Assembly (NCBI GenBank): GCA_002269645.1
Contig: NIVC01001279.1
Location: 62,001 to 126,000 of the forward strand
DNA length: 64,000 nucleotides
Source: Macrostomum lignano
Lineage: Eukaryota
Reading direction: 5' to 3'
The translations under genes and the position numbers were made by a program. The notes under the pieces were generated by a model. The model did not search any database, was not told where the DNA came from, and worked only from the letters and a program-made list of their open reading frames with translations. Of this stretch, positions 44,094-56,400 are shown piece by piece (position 1 is the stretch's first letter; each line of letters opens with the position of its first letter).

Positions 44094-46573
44094 ATGAAAA
44101 TCTCTCGCCGCGTAGCCGCCCAGCTTCTGCTAATCTTCATCGCCCAATCAGCGCTGATGTACAGGGAAACTGAAAGCATGAAACTCCTGCAAGCTGGTGA
44201 GGATCTGGCTTTCTTACATTTTATCGCGCCTTATAAAGTCATTTTCACTACATATCGGTTACAAGAAGTCCGAATTCCAAAATGTATTTTTCGCCTTTTA
44301 AAAAATCTAGTGTAAATCTATCGGCAGGTAAACATCAGAGATCCCGATTTGTTTGCATGGTTTAGAATTTTTTTACGCTGCATATCATCTTAGTAGATCT
44401 TTGCATTTGTGCGCCTTGTAAAGGTATTGACGCTACATATCGGATACAGAAAATACGAGTTCCAAAACTTATTTTCCGACTTATAAAGGTACTTACGCAG
44501 CATATCGGCTAGTAAAGATTGAGATTCCTATTTATTTTCACGGTTTATAAAGATTTTTACGCTACATATCGGTTTATTAGTCCTCTACATCTGTGCGCCT
44601 TGTAAAGTTATTGACGCTACATATCGACGGTTTTCGACTACGCAAACAGCTCTGCAGATTGTCCTTTTGGCAAGAAAACCTTAACGACTTTCTAAGAGTA
44701 AATTGTAGATCTGATTCTTCTGAACTTCTCTGAGCCTAGCTTCACAAACAAAGATTAGAGGACCAAAAGAGGGACAACGCAAGGACGCAGCTGCGAGGCG
44801 AGAAAGTTGAGGCTGTAAAATGTAGCAGCCAGAAGGCTAAGACGGAACTCAAAGGAAGAAGAAGCCTCCTTTTCTGCTGTCAGTTGCTGCGTGACTTGCA
44901 TCGTGTCGTCACAAGGTCTGTCTGGGACTCGGTACTTAGAAGCGGGGAGCGGGGACATTTCGGATTCTAAATCTAACAATTTGGCTGCAAACAGAGCAAC
45001 GCCTTCTATGGAAACTCGATGAGCTTATTCAGACCTCGGTCATTATCAGTTGATTATCCAATATTTGCCTGAGCACGAGTCCGAAATTTATGCGGACGGC
45101 CTATTTTCGGACAGCACAGACTCCTCTACGAGGTTCTCGTATACATGACATCCTATCAGTTCGTTTGCGTTATACGTTGAAAATATTTTTATTATCGCAC
45201 GGAATCGAACCCGGGCACTTGCGTTTAGAGTCGGACGCGTTTACCGCTGAGCTACTGCGGCCCCCTCCTTCTAGGCAGTTTGACAGGCTATTTAAAGTTC
45301 TTAAAGCCCCAAACACCTCTAAACATCTCAAAACACCTCTAAACACATCTAACCACCTCTAAACATCTCTAAACACCTCTAAACATCTCTAAACACCTCT
45401 AAACACATCGAACCACCTCTAAACATCTCTAAACACCTCTAAACATCTCTAAACACCTCTAAACACATCGAACCACCTCTAAACATCTCTAAACACCTCT
45501 AAACATCTCTAAACACCTCTAAACATCTCTAAATACCTCTAAACACCTCTAAACATCTCTAAATACCTCTAAACACCTCTAAAAACCTCTAAGCACCTCT
45601 AAACATCTCTAAACACCTCTAAATATCTCTTAACATCTCTAAACACCTCTAAACATCTCTAAACACCTCTAAACATCTCAAAACACCTCTAAACATCTCT
45701 AAACACCTCTAAACATCTCTAAACACCTCTAAACACCTCTAAATATCTCTAAACACCTCTAAACATCTCTTAACATCTCTAAACACCTCTAAACATCTCT
45801 AAACACCTCTAAACATCTCTAAACACCTCTAAACATCTCAAAACACCTCTAAACATCTCTAAACACCTCTAAACATCTCTAAACACCTCTAAACATCTCT
45901 AAACACTTCTAAACATCTCTAAACACCTCTAAACACATCTAACCACCTCTAAACATCTCTAAACACCTCTAAACATCACTAAACACCTCTAAACACATCT
46001 AACCACCTCTAAACATCTCTAAACACCTCTAAATATCTCTTAACATCTCTAAACACCTCTAAACCTCTCTAAACACCTCTAAACATCTCAAAACACCTCA
46101 AAACATCTCTAAACACCTCTAAACATCTCTAAATACCTCTAAACACCTCTAAACATCTCTAAACACCTCTAAATATCTCTAAACACCTCTAAACATCTCT
46201 TAACATCTCTAAACACCTCTAAACATCTCTAAACACCTCTAAACATCTCAAAACACCTCTAAACATCTTTAAACACCTCTAAACATCTCTAAACACCTCT
46301 AAACATCTCTAAACACCTCTAAACATCTCTAAACACCTCTAAACATCTCTAAACACCTCTAAACATCTCTAAACACCTCTAAAAACCTCTACTGCAGGCG
46401 CTGCCTACAAGCGATTTCTGTACTACTCGAACGGCAACTGCGAGACATTCGATATACGATGCTTCAGCCAGCGCGACTGCCAGATGGCTTACGGTCCGGG
46501 GTATCAGTGCGTGATTCTGAGATGCTCACTGAGCTGCCAGCTGCTGCCATCTGACAGAGGCCGCATTGCCTGA
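44094..46573 (+). CDS. Novel secreted cysteine-rich prepropeptide, 92 aa; exons 44094-44196 and 46398-46573
   Basis: Donor GCTG|GTGAGG (44196) and acceptor CTACTGCAG|GC (46397) are both phase 1. Product: MKISRRVAAQLLLIFIAQSALMYRETESMKLLQAGAAYKR-FLYYSNGNCETFDIRCFSQRDCQMAYGPGYQCVILRCSLSCQLLPSDRGRIA*. It has a signal-peptide-like N-terminus, a dibasic KR and six Cys. AATAAA motifs lie near 46725-46736. Confidence 0.75.
45195..45265 (-). mobile_element. tRNA-derived SINE head (A and B boxes), not an intact tRNA
   Basis: The minus strand reads GGGGGCCGCAGTAGCTCAGCGGTAAACGCGTCCGACTCTAAACGCAAGTGCCCGGGTTCGATTCCGTGCGA. Pol III A box TAGCTCAGCGG and B box GGTTCGATTCC are present, but the D, anticodon and acceptor stems do not pair. 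Confidence 0.6.
45310..46390. repeat. 10/20-bp AAACATCTCT-AAACACCTCT array (intron of the peptide gene)
   Basis: Ends immediately before the acceptor at 46397. Confidence 0.97.
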
Positions 46574-46789
46574 GTCAGTTCGGCATCAACTCAAACTAAA
46601 ATGATTTCAGGACCAATGCAACAACTTCGTCTACATTTAAGTAGGGAATGGTTCAACATGCTGCCAACTCTGAACAAATTAAAACAATTTCTTCATTTTA
46701 TCGGCTACTAATCTCTTTTGGAGAAATAAAAATAAAGACAAAGGGTTCGATTGGAATTGAATTCTTGGTTAACCACATTTCAGAGCAAG

Positions 46790-47125
46790 ACTACATTCTA
46801 CTCTCATTGCATTCTATTCTGTACTATCATTGCATTCTATTTTCTACTCTCATTGCATTCTATTCTCTACTCTCATTGCAATCTATTCTCTACTCTCATT
46901 GCATTCTATTCTCTACTCTCATTGCTTTCGATTCTCTACTCTCATTGCATTCTATTCTCTACTCTCATTGCTTTCGATTCTCTACTCTCACTGCATTCTA
47001 TTCTCTACTCTCATTGCATTCTACTCTCTACACTCACTGCATTCTATTCTCTACTCTCATTGCATTCTATTATCTACTTTCATTTCTACTCTCACTGCAT
47101 TCTTTTCTCTACTCTCACTGTTTTC
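46790..47125. repeat. 23-bp CTCTCATTGCATTCTATTCTCTA minisatellite
   Basis: Explains ORFs 46648-47245. Confidence 0.93.
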
Positions 47126-47509
47126 TATAAAAAATCTACAAACCGAAATGTTAATATCATAACAGCAGAGTGGAGCACTGGAGATGGACGCAGATGGATG
47201 GAAGCGGAGATGAAGACATGCAGGAGACTGATACAGTGTCAGTGAGGAATCCAGAATTTTCGGGAACACAGCCCCGCACTGGCGCACAGAAACTCGAGAG
47301 CAGTCATGCTGCACCGAATGCAGTTGCGCTCGCTCTGATATTCAGAAATTCAAAATAACAAACATATTGTTCTGTCTTGAACTAATTCCCACCACCTGCA
47401 GCAGATTAGGTGTATGATAGAAACATTTTCTCTGTCTTTTTAGCTTTCCTTGCTAGGTCCTAGTTAACTAAGACTTAGTTAACTTTGTTAGTTCGTTATT
47501 TTGCTGGGT

Positions 47510-48655
<1,146 letters not shown>

Positions 48656-49374
48656 CTGCTCCCAGTCGTTAGCTTTTGTGTCTCCCACGCAAGCACTTTA
48701 ACTGTCGCCCACGCAGGTAGGAAATATTTTAATTCAGCCGCAGAAAAAATATAATTTCGATAGCTTGCAGCGAATTTCTGTTGTCAATCGATCAGAGAGC
48801 CTTTCTATCTTTGATTTTCAAGCTGGCATGCATAGGTTATGAATATAGATCCATCTGCAAATAAGCCAATAGTCTCACCTAGCACAACCGACAAAGAGGA
48901 GCAAATTTTCACGCGCCGAACTCTTCTCAAGTGCTAATAATATAGCTCGTAAGAGATTCGAGTCACCGCAGTGCCGGCCATATTTGCTGATTGTGTGGGA
49001 GTGAAGCCAGAGGCGCGAGTTGGTTGCATAGAGACCTCACCTTGCCCCACCCAATTACAAGCTTATAGCGTCAACTTTACGCTGCCCAGGGTCGGTCAGG
49101 CGCACAATTAAGATAATTAATTGAATAGGCTCGAAAGTGCTAGACAATATAATAATGACTTTGTCCACTTTGCAATGCTGAGAAGTAGAAAAAGAACTTT
49201 TCTAGCAATTATGGGTGACTAAATGAATATCTGTTTGAAATTTATCTTTCTTTATCTAGAAAACAAAACCAGTCTCTCATTCCCATCTAGACAAAGGCGA
49301 GGTGTAACTGGCGTTAGATTTTAACATGATTTTCCTATCTTATATAATTATCTAAAGCTTAATTAGGAAGATGA

Positions 49375-49795
49375 CATAGTGGTGTACATTGTGGTGGGTG
49401 GCTGGGGGCTGGTCGGGAGCGAGTGTACATTGGGGTGGGTGGCTGGGGGCTGGTCGGGAGCGAGTGTACATTGTGGTGGGTGGCTGGGGGCTGGTCGGGA
49501 GCGAGTGTACATTGGGGTGGGTGGCTGGGGGCTGGTCGCGAGCGAGTGTACATTGGGGTGGGTGGCTAGGGGCTGGTCGTGAGCGAGTGTACACCTCACC
49601 TCACCCACACAATAGGGTGGGTGGCTAGGGGCTGGTCGGGAGCGAGTGTACATCGGGGTGGATGGCTAGGGGCTGGTCGGGAGCGAGTGTACATTGGGGT
49701 GGGTGGCTAGGGGCTGGTCGGGAGCGAGTGTACATTGGGGTGGGTGGCTAGGGCCTGGTCGTGAGCGAGTGTACATTGGGTTGGGTGCCTGGGCG
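49375..49795. repeat. 41-bp G-rich minisatellite
   Basis: GGGGTGGGTGGCTGGGGGCTGGTCGGGAGCGAGTGTACATT units. Confidence 0.93.
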
Positions 49796-50274
49796 TCAAG
49801 CTTTAAGAGTACTTGAAGGTTTTACAGCCGAATAAAAAAACAAAAAAGCGAAAAATTAGCAGCCAGCCACATTTTAGTAGATTTAGCACCATAATTGCTT
49901 TGGGGAAATATGCACGTAAATGTTTGTTTTGCTTCAGTATATTTTTGGTATTATTTTAAACTGGTTGCTTAAATGCATTAAGCTGGTTAAAAGCGATTAG
50001 AAACAGTGCAGAGAAATGCTTAATTATTGATTGAGAAAGAAACAAATTGCAATCGACAGAAACCAATATTAAATAGGTTGGACATAGATTATAAAAAGTA
50101 AAAGTGGATAGCAATTGTAATTGCAAAAGCCAAAATGCATAATATTGCTAATAGTAAATTTGTTGGAAAGAGAAGAATGAAAATAACGATATTTAATAAA
50201 CCAATGATTGCAAAGCCCTAGTTTGTACAAAAATCAATAAAAGAGAACAATAGTTCAATTGAATAAGAAGATGC

Positions 50275-50482
50275 GTCAGGATCCCCATCAAGGTCAGTAG
50301 GAGGATGGGTCAGGATCCCCATCAAGGTCAGTAGGAGGATGGGTCAGGATCCCCATCAAGGTCAGTAGGAGGATGGGTCAGGATCCCCATCAAGGTCAGT
50401 AGGAGGATGGGTCAGGATCCCCATCAAGGTCAGTAGGAGGATGGGTCAGGATCCCCATCAAGGTCAGTAGGAGGATGGGTCA
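50275..50482. repeat. 34-bp perfect repeat, 6 copies, abutting the MCM10 stop
   Basis: CAGGATCCCCATCAAGGTCAGTAGGAGGATGGGT. Confidence 0.97.
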
Positions 50483-50484
50483 GG

Positions 50485-53400
50485 CTACTGACCCACGAAC
50501 TTTCTCTCCTCGCCCCTAGCCAGCAGCACGTCCCTCTCCAGCGTGGGCCCCTTGCGCTCGGTAGCGAAGCTGGTCTTCTCGTAGCTCTGCCCGCCGCAAC
50601 GGCGGCACGGCTCGGTTGGATAGCGGCAGTCCAAGGTGAACGTCGTCTGCTTGCAGTCCTTGCACCTGGTGAAATTAGGTAGTGTAATTAGGTCATGATC
50701 CACAAAATACCAAAGCGATTTAAATTTTGTGATTATATATGAACTTTTTGTGCCGATCCCGCATCGAGAGTCCCGATCCCGCATCTAGAGTCCCGATTCC
50801 ACATCTAGAGTCCCGATCCCACATCTAGAGTCCCGATCCCACATCTAGAGTCCCGATCCCACATCTAGAGTCCCGATCCCGCATCTAGAGTCCCGATCCC
50901 ACATCAAGAGTCCCGATCCCGCATCGAGAGTCCCGATCCCGCATCGAGAGTCCCGATCCCACATCAAGAGTCCCGATCCCGCATCGAGAGTCCCGATCCC
51001 GCATCGAGAGTCCCGATCCCACATCTAGAGTCCCGATGCCACATCTAGAGTCCCGATCCCACATCTAGAGTCCCGATGCCACATCTAGAGTCCCGATCCC
51101 ACATCTAGAGTCCCTATTCCCATAAAGAGTCCCGATGCCACATCTAGAGTCCCGATCCCACATCTAGAGTCCCTATCCCCATAAAGAGTCCCGATCCCAC
51201 ATCTAGAGTCCCGATGCCACATCTAGAGTCCCGATCCCACATCTAGAGTCCCTATTCCCATAAAGAGTCCCGATGCCACATCTAGAGTCCCGATCCCACA
51301 TCTAGAGTCCCTATCCCCATAAAGAGTCCCGATCCCACATCTAGAGTCCCGATCCCCATAAAGAGTCCCTATCCCCATAAAGAGTCCCGATCCCCATGAA
51401 GAGTTCCGATCCCCATGAAGAGTCCCGATCCCCATGAAGAGTTCCGATCCCCTTGAAGAGTCCCGATCCCCATGAAGAGTCCCGATACCCATGAAGAGTC
51501 CCGATCCCCATGAAGAGTCCCGATACCCATAGAGTCCCGATCCCCATGAAGAGTCCCGATCCCCATGAAGAGTCCCGATCCCCATGAAGAGTCCCGATAC
51601 CCATAGAGTCCCAATCCCCATGAAGAGTTCCGATCCCCATGAAGAGTCCCGATCCCCATGAAGAGAGTCCCCGATCCCCATTAAGAGTCCCGATCCCCAT
51701 GAAGAGCCCCGATCCCCATGAAGAGAGTCCCGATCCCCATGAAGAGCCCCGATCCCCATGAAGAGTCCCGATCCCCATGAAGAGTCCCGATACCCATAGA
51801 GTCCCGATCCCCATGAAGAGTTCCGATCCCCATGAAGAGTCCCGATCCCCATGAAGAGAGTCCCCGATCCCCATTAAGAGTCCCGATCCCCATGAAGAGC
51901 CCCGATCCCCATGAAGAGAGTCCCGATCCCCATGAAGAGTCCCGATCCCCATAAAGAGTCCCGATCCCCATGAAGAGAGTCCCCGATCCCCATTAAGAGT
52001 CCCGATCCCCATGAAGAGCCCCGATCCCCATGAAGAGAGTCCCGATCCCCATGAAGAGTCCCGATCCCCATGAAGAGTTCCGATCCCCATGAAGAGTCCC
52101 GATCCCGATGAAGAGTCCCGATCCCCATGAAGAGTCCCGATCCCGATGAAGAGTCCCAATCCCAACGGCAAGCAAGCATGAGTCTCACTTGAACGGCCTC
52201 TTCACCGCAGTAGTCCAATTCAGCTGGTGTCCCTCTCGTTTGCACCTCTCGCTAGGCTGCTGACACCTCACTCCGCACTGGGCGCAGTCGGCTACCCGAA
52301 CTTTCCTCTCCGTGATGGTGGCCAATTTAGCTTCGACTTGCTCCTTTCGCTCCAGCGTATTGAAATAGCTGTCCTGCTCTTTGCTGACGCGATCGCTAGC
52401 TAATTCGGCGTAGGCAGACGATTGCGACATTAGACGAAGGAATTCCGGCGATTCAGTATCGATGTTGCCTAACAGTCGGTGTTGCCGAGCAGGCTTGCTA
52501 ACCGTTGAGGCTTGAGTCTCGGCGGCGTCTCCAACGGGATCTTCGTTGAGTCGCTGGTTGAGTTCGGCTAGACGGCGCTGGCTCTGCTGCTGTTGGAGCT
52601 GCTCCATGCCGCCCGCTGCTCGCATCTGACAGAAGGGGGGGGGGTGAGACGGAGCTACTCTGTTGTAAGCCTGATTGTGCACTGTTTTGGGCGTTTCTGA
52701 CACTAATTATGAGGGTTCCATATCTCATTTGGGACGTCTGACATCTTATTAGGCGCGTCTGTCATCTTAATCTGAGCGTCTGACACCTTATTTGGAGCGT
52801 GACACCTAATTGGGAGTATCTGACACCTAATTGGGAGCATCTGACACCTAATTGGCAGATTATCTGACACCTAATTGGGAGTATCTGACACCTAATTGGG
52901 AGATCTGACACCTAATTGGCAGATTATCTGACACCTAATTGGGAGTATCTGACACCTAATTAGGAATATCTGACACCTAATTGGCAAATTATCTGACACC
53001 TAATTGGCAGATTATCTGACACCTAATTGGGAGTCTCTGACACCTAATTGGGAGTATCTGACACCTAATTAGGAGTATCTGACACCTAATTGGGAGTATC
53101 TGACACCTAATTGGGAGTATCTGACACCTAATTGGCAGATTATCTGACACCTAATTGGGAGTATCTGACACCTAATTAGGAATATCTGACACCTAATTGG
53201 GAGTATCTGACACCTAATTGGCAGATTATCTGACACCTAATTGGGAGTATCTGACACCTAATTGGCAGATTATCTGACACCTAATTGGCAGATTATCTGA
53301 CACCTAATTGGCAGATTATCTGACACCTAATTGGCAGAGTATCTGACACCTAATTGGGAGTATCTGACACCTAATTGGCAGATTATCTGACACCTAATTG

Positions 53401-56400
53401 GCAGATTATCTGACACCTAATTGGCAGATTATCTGTCACCTAATTGGCAGATTATCTGACACCTAATTGGGAGTATCTGACACCTAATTGGGAGTATCTG
53501 ACACCTAATTGGGAGTATCTGACACCTAATTGGCAGATTATCTGACACCTAATTGGCAGAGTATCTGACACCTAATTGGCAGATTATCTGACACCTAATT
53601 GGGAGTATCTGACACCTAATTGGCAGATTATCTGACACCTAATTGGCAGATTATCTGACACCTAATTGGCAGATTATCTGACACCTAATTGGCAGATTAT
53701 CTGACACCTAATTGGCAAATTATCTGACACCTAATTGGCAAATTATCTGACACCTAATTGGCAGATTATCTGACACCTAATTGGCAAATTATCTGACACC
53801 TAATTGGCAGATTATCTGACACCTAATTGGCAAATTATCTGACACCTAATTGGAAAATTATCTGACACCTAATTGGCAAATTATCTGACACCTAATTGGA
53901 AAATTATCTGACACCTAATTGGCAGATTATCTGACACCTAATTGGCAGATTATCTGACACCTAATTGGCCAGCACGAGTTATCTGACCCCTAATTTAAGA
54001 CATTAAGTCTAAAGTTTTTCAGCACTTTTGGCTTCTTGGGGCGTCGGAATGTCGCTAATGCAGAAAAGAGAAAATGGCAACTTGCTTTTGTCGCAATAAT
54101 TAATGGGGAACAAACGTCTGGGTGTGTAATTTATGAATAAAGGCGAGCAGCCTATGCTATAAAAGGTAAGTTGTAATCATTGTTTTCATAGGCAATAAGA
54201 TTATAAGATGTAGAACAGAGTTAAAAGAGAAAACGAAAAATAAAGTTGAATAGGAAAACTATCGGTAATATACTTTTTTGCTACTTATGAGTAGCAAGTA
54301 AAAAACTCTTGCTTTTAGAGAAAACACGTATTATATGCATTTCTTCGAAGTCTATGGAGTAACGTGGGTGCCTGTGAAGTGAGGTGGGTGCCTATGGAGA
54401 GAGGTGGGTGTCTATGGAGTGAGATGTGTATCAATGGAGAGTGTTGAGTGTCTATGGAGAGAGGTGGGTGTGTATGGAGAGAGGTGGGTGTCTATGGAGA
54501 GAGGTGGGTGTCTATGGAGAGAGGTGGGTGTGTATGGAGAGAGGTGGGTGTCTATGGAGTGAGGTGGGTGTCTATGGAGTGAGGTGGGTGTCTATGGAGT
54601 GAGGTGGGTGTCTATGGAGTGAGGTGGGTGTCTATGGAGTGAGGTGGGTGTCTATGGAGTGAGGTGGGTGTCTATGGAGTGAGGTGGGTGTCTATGGAGT
54701 GAGGTGGGTGTCTATGGAGTGAGGTGGGTGTCTATGGAGTGAGGTGGGTGTCTATGGAGTGAGGTGGGTGTCTATGGAGTGAGGTGGGTGTCTATGGAGT
54801 GAGGTGGGTGTCTATGGAGTGAGGTGGGTGTCTATGGAGTGAGGTGGGTGTCTATGGAGTGAGGTGGGTGTCTATGGAGTGAGGTGGGTGTCTATGGAGT
54901 GAGGTGGGTGTCTATGGAGTGAGGTGGGTGTTTATGGAGTGAGGTGGGTGTCTATGGAGTGAGGTGGGTGTCTATGGAGTGAGGTGGGTGTCTATGGAGT
55001 GAGGTGGGTGTCTATGGAGTGAGGTGGGTGTCTATGGAGTGAGGTGGGTGTCTATGGAGTGAGGTGGGTGTCTATGGAGTGAGGTGGGTGTCTATGGAGT
55101 GAGGTGGGTGTCTATGGAGTGAGGTGGGTGTCTATGGAGTGAGGTGGGTGTTTATGGAGTGAGGTGGGTGTGTATGGAGTGTGGTGAGTGTCTATGGAGT
55201 GAGGTGGGTGTCTATGGAGTGAGGTGGGTGTCTATGGAGTGAGGTGGGTGTCTATGGAGTGAGGTGGGTGTCTATGGAGTGAGGTGGGTGTCTATGGAGT
55301 GAGGTGGGTGTCTATGGAGTGAGGTGGGTGTCTATGGAGTGAGGTGGGTGTCTATGGAGTGAGGTGGGTGTCTATGGAGTGAGGTGGGTGTCTATGGAGT
55401 GAGGTGGGTGTCTATGGAGTGAGGTGGGTGTTTATGGAGTGAGGTGGGTGTGTATGGAGTGTGGTGAGTGTCTAAGGAGTAATCTGGGTGTCTTTAAAAG
55501 CAATACCGGTATTAAATGAAAGAAAACTGAATACTAATAGAGATATTGCTTACCTTCTTAATTGCCTTCAACTTGGCAATCTCTCCAACAGACATCACAG
55601 TCGGTTTGGGCAGCACCGGACCAGCCTGATTACTTGGACAGGTGTCGTTCAAATCGACGATGTCGCCAACCCCACAGCCTCGGCCGAGAGTTGGCCGAAA
55701 ATCTCGATTCATTCCGGCCGCAAATTCTGAGAATGCCAAATTTGTGCCGCTGCTAGGATCCGGCATGCCGACCCGGCTGATGCCGGAAAATGGAACCGAA
55801 GAAGATTGGCTCTGTTGCTGCGACTGGTTTTTCTGCTTCTGTGTCGTGACTGACACTTCAATAGACCGACGCAGCATTCGAGCACCGGGCGAATTGCTGG
55901 CCGAAGCGTTCTGCTGCTGCAGGAAGGCTCGAATTCCGCTGACGCCACCGCCGCCGCTTGTCGCGGAGGCCTGCGACGTTGACAAGCTTGACGAAGGAGA
56001 CTGGCTAAATTTGATGCTGCTGTTGTTGTTGCTCTTCAAAAATGTGACGCCAATCGGACTGGCGGCTGCCGCGGCCAACGGCTTGTGGGGCTGTGGGAAG
56101 AGAAATTGAGTGGGGTGGGTATTTTTGGAGTGAGGTGGGTGTCTGCGGAGTGAGGTGGGTGTCTGCGGAGTGAGGTGGGTGTCTGTGGAGTGAGGTGGGT
56201 GTCTGTGGAGTGGTGGCTGTCTGCGGAGTGAGGTGGGTGTCTGCGGAGTGAGGTGGGTGTCTGCGGAGTGGTGGGTGTCTGCGGAGTGAGGTGGGTATTT
56301 GCGGAGTGAAGTGGGTGTCTGCGGAGTGAGGTGGGTGTCTGTGGAGTGGTGGCTGTCTGCGGAGTGAGGTGGGTGTCTGCGGAGTGAGGTGGGTGTCTGC

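Noticed and set aside
45195-45265. tRNA-like sequence with a CTA triplet at the anticodon position (amber suppressor?)
   Set aside because: The D, anticodon and acceptor stems do not pair, so it is not a functional tRNA.
47230-47410. SCCTECSCARSDIQKF frame resembling an insulin A chain, and an overlapping DGSGDED-containing ORF (47170-47358)
   Set aside because: The Cys spacing is wrong, the final Cys is missing, and there is no credible start or splice partner.
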